Shown here piece after piece: positions 16,867 through 25,129 of a DNA stretch of 64,000 nucleotides. The DNA comes from an uncultured Gammaproteobacteria bacterium (GTDB lineage: Bacteria; Pseudomonadota; Gammaproteobacteria; Steroidobacterales; Rariloculaceae). Under the pieces are notes generated by a model, which saw nothing but the letters and a program-made list of their open reading frames with translations, was not told the origin of the DNA and ran no database searches. The stretch spans positions 2,400 through 66,399 of the forward strand of contig CAYXNS010000008.1 in assembly GCA_964466315.1 (NCBI GenBank), in the 5' to 3' direction. Numbering within the stretch: the first letter of the stretch is position 1; each line of letters opens with the position of its first letter. The position numbers and the translations under genes are program-made.

Positions 16867-16999
16867 AAGATCGGCTTATCCTATCGGTTGTCGGAGGGAG
16901 AGGGGTGTATTGTGCCGCCTCGGTCGGATGCACGCACGCGCGGTGCGGGCTGTCGTATAATCGCTGTCCAGACAAGCGGAGGGCGTCGGAGAGACAGGA

Positions 17000-17653
17000 T
17001 TGACCGAACTAGGGGGTTCAAACGACAAACACGCGAGGGGCGGTAGTTTCGTTCCGCCCAAGTCTTCCCGGGGCCACGCCCGGCGGGAACGTATCCTGAG
17101 CGCGGCTACGGAACTCTTCCTCGAGAACGGTTACGGTGGCACGTCCATCGATGCAATCATCGAGCGCTCGGGTGGCTCGAAGGCGACCTTGTACAGCTAT
17201 TTTTCGGTGAAGGACGAACTGTTCCGCGCCGTGATTGATGCCATTGTGTCTCATCGGGATGAGCCCGAACTCGACCCCGGGAGCGATATCCGGGCGGCGC
17301 TCGTGAACTTCAATCTGCGGCGAATGGCCATCGTATTCTCCAGTCAGCATCGCGCGCTGCTACGGTTGATCGTTGGCGAGCGCGAGCGCTTCCCCGATAT
17401 CGCGCGGATGTATTACGAACGCGGGCCGAAGCGCAGCCGGGAGTTCTTAACCGAATACATGACGATGTTGAAAAACGGGGACCTACTCGCGATAGAGGAT
17501 CCGGCGGAATCCGCGGAGTTCCTGATCGGTATGCTGTATTTCGAGTGGTATCTGACACAACTCTATCTCGGAGAGGGTCCACCGTCACGAGAGGCGATGC
17601 AACAGCGGACCGAGCGAGTCGTCGACCGTTTTATGGAGGCCTTGCAAAAATAA
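17000..17653 (+). CDS. TetR/AcrR family transcriptional regulator
   Basis: HTH region RERILSAATELFLENGYGGTSIDAIIERSGGSKATLYSYF. Non-ATG (TTG) start preceded by GGAGAG, so the exact start is uncertain. Confidence 0.85.
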   Translation: MTELGGSNDKHARGGSFVPPKSSRGHARRERILSAATELFLENGYGGTSIDAIIERSGGSKATLYSYFSVKDELFRAVIDAIVSHRDEPELDPGSDIRAALVNFNLRRMAIVFSSQHRALLRLIVGERERFPDIARMYYERGPKRSREFLTEYMTMLKNGDLLAIEDPAESAEFLIGMLYFEWYLTQLYLGEGPPSREAMQQRTERVVDRFMEALQK

Positions 17654-17678
17654 AGGCACCTTCGGATAGCATAGCGCC

Positions 17679-18572
17679 GTGATCTCTCATCCGACGGCGT
17701 ACGCCTTACTGATATTCAATATGGCGCTCTGGGGCAGCTCCCTCGTAGTTGCTCGAGCAACCCACGAGATCGTGCCGCCACTCGCACTGACTTTCTGGCG
17801 TTGGGTGTTCGCAGTTCTCGTGCTTCTGCCGATCGTATGGTCTAAGTTGCCGGGCACCGTGCCGTATCTGCGGTGATCCTGGCGGGGGCTTCTTCTGCTG
17901 TGCGCTGCCATGGTCGTGGGCAGTACGTTCTCGGTGATCGCGGTCAACTACACGACTGCAATCAACGCAAGTTTGATCAACGGCAGTCAACCGGCCGTCA
18001 CGGCGCTCGTTGCTTTAATGGTCGTGCGGGAACGTTTATCGATCGCGAGCGGAATCGGTATTGCGATCGCGTTTCTCGGAATCCTCGTGATGGTCTCGCA
18101 AGGTAGCCTCGAACTGCTATTCGATCTGGTTTTTAACGTCGGTGATCTCGTAATGGTCATCGCTGTGCTCGCCTGGGCGTTTTACTCCGTCGAATTGCAT
18201 CGCCAGCCGGAGCATCCGAGCGGCGATGTGCTGTTGTTTTTTATTGCCTGCGCGGGCCTGACCACCGTATTGCCGTTCTATCTCGCCGAAACCGTATACA
18301 TCAGGGAGTTCGTGCCTAGCCGAAACGCCGCCGCCGCCATCATCTATGTAAGCTTGTCGGCATCCCTGGTGGCAGTGGGGCTTTGGAATCTGGCGATTCG
18401 TTCGGTGGGCGCGATGCATGCGGCGCTGTTCATCAATCTCATTCCCGTGTTTGGGGCCGCATTTGCGATGTTATTCCTCGGCGAGCGCCTGTTCGCCTAT
18501 CACGTCATCGGCGCCGTGCTCGTCTTCATCGGGATCCTCATGGCCGTGCGAGGCCGGCTTACTGATCTATAA
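17679..18572 (+). pseudogene. EamA/DMT family transporter interrupted by an in-frame TGA (17874..17876)
   Basis: Track ORFs 17679..17876 and 17910..18572 are in the same frame. Read-through gives ...VPYLR*SWRGLLLLCAAMVVGSTFSVIAVNYTTAINASLI..., a continuous 10-TM EamA pattern. Confidence 0.7.
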
Positions 18573-18612
18573 AAATTATTTTATAAATATATAGTTATAT
18601 ATATTTTATAAA
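18568..18612. other. 45-nt block, nearly pure A/T, with two ATTTTATAAA copies 25 bp apart
   Basis: TATAAAAATTATTTTATAAATATATAGTTATATATATTTTATAAA contains a single G and sits between convergent genes in an otherwise GC-rich window. Confidence 0.6.
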
Positions 18613-18692
18613 GTGGATTCTAGATCCCGGCACGGGCGGAGCGTGCAACCTGTTTGCGTACGCCCGGGTTCCATGTTCCGATCGGCTGTGCA

Positions 18693-19103
18693 TCAGCGCA
18701 GGGGCATGCCGCCTCCGGGTACACCGCCGTGCCCGTCCGCACCGCTGCCGGGAACGATGATCGACGATGCCGACTCACGACGGAGTTCCTCAAGGCGCTC
18801 CATCGCTTCGGCGAGAGCAGCTTTCGCGCTGTCACCGAAATTCGCCACAGCATCTGCCAGCGATGACGCTTTGACCTCGAAGCTCAATGGTAGCGTACCT
18901 GCTGGCGTCAGTATCTGTGTCTGGCCCATATAGACGTCGTCGCGGGCATCGTCGCGGCTGCCGTCGGGCTTGGTCGGCGTGAGTCTCTGTAAACTGCCGA
19001 CGCGGCGGTCGGTGAACGTCTCCTCGCGGTAGAGATCGTCAGCCCCCATTCGGATGTCCGGTTCCTGCATATTTTCTGCCATGTTCTCGTGTCCTTTCGC
19101 CAT
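18693..19103 (-). CDS. Conserved-looking hypothetical protein (acidic N-terminus, Gly-rich tail)
   Basis: 136-aa ORF with sensible composition (..YMGQTQILTPAGTLPLSFEVKASSLADAVANFG..EELRRESASSIIVP..). No motif I can name. Confidence 0.5.
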   Translation of the reverse strand: MAKGHENMAENMQEPDIRMGADDLYREETFTDRRVGSLQRLTPTKPDGSRDDARDDVYMGQTQILTPAGTLPLSFEVKASSLADAVANFGDSAKAALAEAMERLEELRRESASSIIVPGSGADGHGGVPGGGMPLR

Positions 19104-19200
19104 TCGTCGAGGCTGAGTTCGAAGATCCGTAGGCTAACATTGTTTTCTCCCCACCGCGGCTCGCGGCGCGACCTGGAACCGATCTGGTAAGCTGCGGGCC

Positions 19201-19947
19201 ATGCGCAAGCTGTTGGTTTATCAGCACGTTCCGTTCGAACCGTTGGGTACATTGGATGCTCAATTCCGGGCGGCAGGGTTCCGGATACGCTATGTCAACT
19301 TCTCTCGGCTGGCCGAGGTGAGCCCGGATGTCGGGCGTTATAATGGGCTCGTCGTACTCGGCGGCCCGATGAGCGCGCTTGACATCGATCGCCACCCGCA
19401 TCTCGGTGTCGAGATCGATTCGATCCGACAGGCAGTGGATTCCGGCATACCCATACTCGGCATCTGCCTGGGAGCGCAACTGATTGCGAGCGCCCTAGGT
19501 GCGCGGATACGGCGTAATCCCGTCAGGGAAATCGGCTGGTACGAGGTCGCGCCGACGGCGGTTGGCTGGGAGGATCCGCTATTCTCGAAGTTCGATGGCG
19601 CCGAGCAGGTCTTCCAGTGGCACGGCGACACGTTTACGTTGCCGCACGGCGCACAGCACCTGGCGGAGTCGGAGGATTGCGCCAATCAGGCCTTTCGAAT
19701 CGGCGAGAGCGTCTACGGCGTACAGTTTCACCTCGAGGCGGATCAGGCGTTGATAGAACGATGGCTGCAAACGCCGGTCCATCTTCGTGAACTCGCCAAG
19801 CTCGGCTCGACCGTCGATCCCCAGCGAATTCTGGCGGACACGACGCGCTATATCGCCCGAGCGACGGCGCTCAGCAGCGTGTTCTTCGGGGAATTCATCG
19901 AACGATTCTACAGGCGACGGCGGCGCGTCGCGTTGCCGTCACGTTGA
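19201..19947 (+). CDS. Class I glutamine amidotransferase (GATase1, GuaA N-domain-like)
   Basis: Nucleophile elbow GICLGAQLIA and the His/Glu pair in VQFHLEAD. 248 aa. Confidence 0.85.
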   Translation: MRKLLVYQHVPFEPLGTLDAQFRAAGFRIRYVNFSRLAEVSPDVGRYNGLVVLGGPMSALDIDRHPHLGVEIDSIRQAVDSGIPILGICLGAQLIASALGARIRRNPVREIGWYEVAPTAVGWEDPLFSKFDGAEQVFQWHGDTFTLPHGAQHLAESEDCANQAFRIGESVYGVQFHLEADQALIERWLQTPVHLRELAKLGSTVDPQRILADTTRYIARATALSSVFFGEFIERFYRRRRRVALPSR

Positions 19948-19966
19948 GAGAGTGATGGGTGATCGG

Positions 19967-20311
19967 CTAGCGAATCCTCGACAGAGCATCCCGGGCTTCG
20001 CGCCGTGCCTCGGATGCTTCACGCCTCGCCGTGGCGACCTGGCGGCTGAGATCCCGGACTTCGCGCGTCAGGTCGCCGACCTCCCGTTCGAGCATATCGA
20101 TGCGAATTTGCGCAGCCAGCCCCGATTCCGAGGAACCGAGCGATCCGGCACCCACGGTCGTCCGCGTGTTCAGCCGCGTGTCGAGCGCGGCGATCTGGTT
20201 TTCGAATGAGGTGAGGCGTTCTTCGATCGTTAGAGGGCCGTCGGGAATCTGACCGTAGCCGATCGACATTGTGCCAAAAACGATTCCGCACAGAATGATT
20301 CTTACTAGCAT
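19967..20311 (-). CDS. Small secreted coiled-coil protein (hypothetical)
   Basis: Trimmed to MLVRIILCGIVFGTMSIGYG (signal-like). The remainder is heptad-like (EERLTSFENQIAALDTRL...EREVGDLTREVRDLSRQVATARREASEARREA). Confidence 0.45.
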   Translation of the reverse strand: MLVRIILCGIVFGTMSIGYGQIPDGPLTIEERLTSFENQIAALDTRLNTRTTVGAGSLGSSESGLAAQIRIDMLEREVGDLTREVRDLSRQVATARREASEARREARDALSRIR

Positions 20312-20473
20312 GCCGGTTCTCCGTAGGTATCGCCACGAGCGTTGTCGCGCCGGCCGGAGCATGTATGCCCGGGCCGGAACGACTCTGCGATATCTTACAC
20401 GGCCGGCGGCCAGTGCCCGTATCAGGTACGGCCGCGCAGCGTGCCGGCTATGGCCGCAAGGATCGGCCGAGTG

Positions 20474-21085
20474 CTATTGGCCCATGCCCATTCCCATGCC
20501 GCCGGCAGCGGGGGCCTCGCCGCCGTGCGTCGCTTCGATCTGGATCGTGATAGACACTTCGGTGCCGATGTTAGGCGCGCCGAAAGTCATCCCGTAGTCC
20601 GTCCGGTCGAGACTCGTACTTGCGCTGAATCCGACCTTGTCGGCACCGCGTTGCTGGCCGAGCTGATTCTGTGTGACGTCCAGTGAGACGGGATTCGTCT
20701 GACCGAGGATCGTGAGATCGCCATGCACGATCAGCTGATCGTCTCCTACTGCCTCGACTCCGGTGCTGACGAAGTGTAGGTTCGGATGGGTCTCGACGCC
20801 GAAGAAATCGTCGTTCTTTAGGTGACCGTTCAGTCCCTCGTGGAACATATTGATGCTCGCGGCGTCGATCATGATATCCAACGAACTGGCCGTCGGATCC
20901 TGCGCGTCGAAGTTGAAATTTCCGCCAAAGTCACGGAAGAGTCCACGCATGATGGAGTAGCCCTGGTGATTGACGTCGAACCAGATTCTCGAGTGGTTCG
21001 GATCGATGTTGAACGGTAGGGGCTCGGCGGTCGCTTGCGCGGCGAACCCGAGCGCGACTAGTGCGATTATTGCGAAACGGTTCAT
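20474..21085 (-). CDS. YceI family periplasmic polyisoprenoid-binding-like protein
   Basis: Signal peptide, then IDPNHSRIWFDVNHQGYSIMRGLF.DF.G...HGDLTILGQTNPVSL, typical of YceI. Unusual GGMGMGMGQ tail. Confidence 0.85.
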   Translation of the reverse strand: MNRFAIIALVALGFAAQATAEPLPFNIDPNHSRIWFDVNHQGYSIMRGLFRDFGGNFNFDAQDPTASSLDIMIDAASINMFHEGLNGHLKNDDFFGVETHPNLHFVSTGVEAVGDDQLIVHGDLTILGQTNPVSLDVTQNQLGQQRGADKVGFSASTSLDRTDYGMTFGAPNIGTEVSITIQIEATHGGEAPAAGGMGMGMGQ

Positions 21086-21307
21086 GTGAAATTCCTCGTG
21101 TTGGTGTTGTTGGTTCTTGATCTTGCCTGGCCTGCGGGGCCGGTTGCCCCGAAGCTTCCATTATTCTAATTGTCCCAGATATTAGCTCGATTCGGCGCGG
21201 ATTGCCGAGTTTATGTGATTCGCTGTGCCGGCCGTTTGCGTCTGGTCGCCGGAAACGCTAGTTTTCGCCGGCGAGGCTAACGCCACGCTGGGGCCTGGAG
21301 GCTTCTG

Positions 21308-22599
21308 ATGACTTTTACGCAACGAATACTTCTCGCCATGCTGGCCGGCATCCTCGTCGGTGTGTTTATCAACGCCCTCGGCGCTAATTTCCAGGCTATC
21401 AGTGATTTCCTCGTCGATGGGGCCTTCTATGTCCTCGGCGCGATCTTCATCGCGCTGCTCAAGCTTATGGTGGTTCCATTGGTGCTCGTCTCGCTCGTTT
21501 GCGGTGTAACCGCATTGGGTGATCTGCGAGCGCTCGGGCGAGTCGGGGGCAAAACGCTCGGGCTCTATCTCGTGACGACGGCGGTTGCTATTACGTTCGC
21601 GCTGACGATTGCGAATGTGGTCGATCCCGGTCAAGGCTTCGAGCTCGCCGGAGAGGAGTTCAGTTACGAGACTCGCGAGGCGCCGCCGCTCAGCGAAGTG
21701 ATTATCAATATGTTTCCGAGAACCCGATCCGCGCGATGGCAAACGATCAGATGCTGCAGATCATCCTGTTCGCGTTGTTGTTCGGTTTCGCGATCTCGGC
21801 AGCGGGCGAACGCGGTAAACACATCGCTTCGTTGTTCGCCGACCTGAACGAGGTGATTCTTCGGATGGTTCTGCTCGTGATCAAGCTGGCGCCGATCGGT
21901 GTGTTCGCTTTGATCGCACGAACCTTCGCGACGCAGGGCATGGATATCTTCAGGCCATTGCTGGGTTATTGCGTCGCCGTCGTGGTCGGTCTACTTCTAC
22001 ATCTGTTCGTCACTTATGGCTTATTACTGCGTGCCACGGGATTGAGCCCGATTCGGTTCCTTTCCCAGATGCGTGCGCCGATGTCGTTTGCGTTCAGCAC
22101 GTCTTCATCCAGCGCGACTATTCCCGTGACGTTAAACACCGTCGAGACGCGCCTCGGCGTGAAGAATTCGATCGCGTCGTTCACCATACCCTTGGGCGCG
22201 ACGATCAATATGGACGGAACCGCGATCATGCAAGGTGCGGCGACGGTCTTTATCGCCAATGTCTACGGTATCGATCTTGTGCTCGGCGACTATCTGACGG
22301 TAATCCTGACTGCGACCCTGGCATCGATCGGTACTGCGGCCGTGCCGAGCGCGGGCCTGATCATGCTGGCGATGGTGCTCTCGCAGGTCGGTTTGCCGGT
22401 CGAGGGCATCGCGTTGATCATCGGGATCGACCGGCTCCTCGATATGCTCAGGACGGCCGTGAACGTTGCCGGTGATGCCGCTGTGACCTGTTTTGTGGCG
22501 CGCTCGGAAGGCGCGCTGGATCGCGATGTCTTTTGGGATCCGAAAGGCGTGCTCGATCCAGATGCGAGGCGTGAATCGCTCGCTAGTGGTAGCTCGTAG
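21308..22599 (+). pseudogene. Dicarboxylate/amino acid:cation symporter (DAACS, GltP/SstT-like) split by a 1-nt frameshift near 21716..21720
   Basis: ORF 21308..21847 reads ...SEVIINMFP then goes out of frame. ORF 21736..22599 in the next frame back-extends as ENPIRAMANDQMLQIILFALLFGFAIS. Adding one base (TTTCCG[G]AGAAC) restores a single protein of about 430 aa. Confidence 0.8.
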
Positions 22600-22611
22600 T
22601 TCGGTCGATTC

Positions 22612-23421
22612 ATGACTTCGTCTCGCGACATTCTTCTCGTCGGCTGCGGCAACATGGGGCAGGCGCTCCTTACCGGCTGGTTGGCCGAAGGCCGCGACCC
22701 GGAACGGGTTCAGGTCGTCGACCCGAGCCCCGATGCTGTATCGGCCGCTCGCGAGTTAAATATCGATGCTTTCGAGAGCCTATCCGCGGCAAAGATGCCC
22801 GTAGACATCGTCCTCCTGGCCGTCAAGCCGCAGCAACTCGAGGCTGTACTCCCACCGTATCGTGAGTTGGCGGGATCGGGCGCTGTGTTTCTGACGATCG
22901 CAGCGGGTAGGCCGATCGAATTCTACGAACAAGCGCTCGGTGGAGAGCCTGCGATCGTTCGCGGTATGCCGAATACGCCTGCGGCGATTCGCCAAGGGAT
23001 GACCGTCTTGTCGGCGAATGCCGCCGTCTCCGACGATCAGCGCGCTCTATGCGAATCGTTGATGGGCGCCGTCGGCGAGGTAGCGTGGATTGTCGACGAG
23101 GAGACGATGGATGCGGTCACGGCGGTATCCGGAAGCGGGCCTGCCTACGTGTTCCTGTTGATCGAGTGCCTGGCCGACGCGGCCGTCAGCGCCGGCCTCG
23201 ATCCGGAGCTTGCTCGCCGGCTTGCCGAGACGACGGTTGCCGGTGCTGGCGCTTACGCTTTCGTGTCGGAGGAAGAATCCCGCGAGCTGAGACGGCGGGT
23301 CACAAGTCCGGGCGGTACGACAGAGGCGGCATTGGACGTCTTGATGCGCGATGAGGGTTTACCGGCTCTGCTCCGGCGGGCAGTACGGGCGGCAAAGGAG
23401 CGCGGCCGCGAGCTAGCATAG
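22612..23421 (+). CDS. proC: Pyrroline-5-carboxylate reductase
   Basis: 269 aa. LLVGCGNMGQAL Rossmann motif, MPNTPAAI, AVSGSGPAYVF, VTSPGGTTEAAL. Confidence 0.92.
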   Translation: MTSSRDILLVGCGNMGQALLTGWLAEGRDPERVQVVDPSPDAVSAARELNIDAFESLSAAKMPVDIVLLAVKPQQLEAVLPPYRELAGSGAVFLTIAAGRPIEFYEQALGGEPAIVRGMPNTPAAIRQGMTVLSANAAVSDDQRALCESLMGAVGEVAWIVDEETMDAVTAVSGSGPAYVFLLIECLADAAVSAGLDPELARRLAETTVAGAGAYAFVSEEESRELRRRVTSPGGTTEAALDVLMRDEGLPALLRRAVRAAKERGRELA

Positions 23422-23455
23422 CGTCACCAGCGCTCCGGTCGCGCCTCTGCCCGGG

Positions 23456-25006
23456 TTACCAGGTGTATCGAACACGATAACGCACGACGGCTTCGTCATC
23501 TTCCGGAACGACGACCGGAAAGTGCACGGTTCTTGCGTCCTGCCGATCGTACTCGTGGCTGGCCTCGACCACATCGTTATTCGTCCAGCGGAACATCGTC
23601 TCCTTGACGAATATCTCGACCGGCTCGGTCTTGTGATTCCGTAAGCCGATCTCGATCGTCTCCTCCATCCACCGGCGGTCGTAGTCGACCCGGAAATCGA
23701 CCTGGCGACGCTCGCCGACGACGTCGAATGCCGATCCCAGCTTGATCACGACCGTCTCGTCTTTGGGCGTATGGTCGATCACGTCCTCACCGATGAGTTC
23801 CAGCGTGTTGTCGGCCGAGTCAAGCTGGGACACGCGGATGCGGCCGGCAGGCAGCGGCATACCGAGACCGGCAGCTTCCTCGTTGTCGAATTCGATGTAG
23901 ACGTCGATTTTCGTGTTCATCGGAAGGCCGAGGTCCCGGTCGGTCGCGGGGCTGCCGTAGAACCCGTAGGCGGGCTCGAGGCCATAGTAGACGAGGCGCT
24001 TGGTCGCAGCGACTCGCTGAACTCGGGGAAGGAATTCTATCTGCTTGGTCGAGTTATCCGGGATTGCCGTCGTGCGCCCCAGCGTATACAAGTGAAACTC
24101 GAAGAAGCTTTGCTCATCGAATCCCTCGGTACTGGCCCGATCCACGGCGGCCGCCTCCAGGGCATACCTGACTCTCGGCATCGGCGGCGGCTCGGCGCGA
24201 TTGACGTCGCCGGCGATGAGCTTCAGCCGGGCATCCTCGTAGCTCGCACCCGAACGATTGAGAATGCTGACCCAGCCGCCGACGTCGAGATAGCCGCTGT
24301 TGGCATCCTCACCGTCGCTGTAAATCAGGTTGTAATCGGCCCACCATGTGAGGCCCGCAGTCTGATAGCTCACACGCACATCGTGCTCGCCGTCTCGTTC
24401 CGCCATCACATCCCAGATCAGTGTCGGCCTGGTCATGAGTCCGCCCGGGAGGTCGGGGAAGTGAATGTTCGAATAGTCTCTGATCGAGTGAATCCGACCG
24501 TCGTCGCTCGCCAGAATCAGGCCACCGTCAGCGCTTAGCAGTCTGCCTCCGATCTGGACGAGGTTCGCACCCGTTCCCTGGTCGACAGTGATTCGCTGAT
24601 CGATATAGCGCTCCATGAGTTTTTGCGCGCTGACAAGGTCGAATTGAAAGCTTTGTTCGAGCACTCGCGTCCCGTCCGGATCGGTGAGTGACTCGAAGTT
24701 GACGGTCGTCGGGTCGATATAGGCTGCGACATTACTGAAATTGAGGCGGTTGAGGCCGTCCTCGAGTTCCAGAGCGCGTAGATGTCGAACGACGGCATAG
24801 CCCGGGACGGGTCGGCCGTAGAGGTTGCTCTGGCCCTGAACGGGGCGATAGAGATCCGGTGCCACGGCGCCCGGCCGCGTCGTCGAGTAGATGGTGATTG
24901 CGGTCTGCGATGCGTCCTGAGCCTGACAGACTGCCGCACCGAAGCCGATCCCGCCGACGAGGCTCAAAATCGCGGTTGGTGTAACCAGCATTCGTCCATG
25001 GAACAT
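23456..25006 (-). CDS. Secreted DUF4139-like protein (MuiA-like family)
   Basis: Signal peptide. The central block VSYQTAGLTWWADYNLIY...GYLDVGGWVSILNRSGASYEDARLKLIAGDVNR matches my recollection of DUF4139 proteins. Confidence 0.65.
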   Translation of the reverse strand: MFHGRMLVTPTAILSLVGGIGFGAAVCQAQDASQTAITIYSTTRPGAVAPDLYRPVQGQSNLYGRPVPGYAVVRHLRALELEDGLNRLNFSNVAAYIDPTTVNFESLTDPDGTRVLEQSFQFDLVSAQKLMERYIDQRITVDQGTGANLVQIGGRLLSADGGLILASDDGRIHSIRDYSNIHFPDLPGGLMTRPTLIWDVMAERDGEHDVRVSYQTAGLTWWADYNLIYSDGEDANSGYLDVGGWVSILNRSGASYEDARLKLIAGDVNRAEPPPMPRVRYALEAAAVDRASTEGFDEQSFFEFHLYTLGRTTAIPDNSTKQIEFLPRVQRVAATKRLVYYGLEPAYGFYGSPATDRDLGLPMNTKIDVYIEFDNEEAAGLGMPLPAGRIRVSQLDSADNTLELIGEDVIDHTPKDETVVIKLGSAFDVVGERRQVDFRVDYDRRWMEETIEIGLRNHKTEPVEIFVKETMFRWTNNDVVEASHEYDRQDARTVHFPVVVPEDDEAVVRYRVRYTW

Positions 25007-25081
25007 CGTGGTCTCCTTGTGAATAGTTTTCGAATCTGGGACTTAGAACGCGCGACCGGGGCGAACGGGGTTAACGAGCAT

Positions 25082-25110
25082 AAAAAAAACCCGAACCTCT
25101 CGGCCGGGGG
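25082..25110 (-). terminator. Rho-independent terminator candidate after the 25130..27076 gene
   Basis: On the minus strand CCCCGGCCGAGAGGTTCGGG is followed by T8, 20 nt after the stop codon. Confidence 0.5.
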
Positions 25111-25129
25111 TCAGGGCTGAGGAGTATCC

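Noticed and set aside
17874-17876. Selenocysteine or other programmed recoding at the in-frame TGA of the DMT transporter
   Set aside because: There is no convincing stem-loop immediately downstream resembling a bacterial SECIS. The position is a loop of a membrane transporter with no redox role, and TGA is one step from Trp or Arg codons. A mutation or base-call error is far more likely.
21182-21742. 186-aa minus-strand ORF opposite the DAACS symporter 5' half
   Set aside because: It is antisense to a gene with clear family similarity, with no motifs and no plausible start context.
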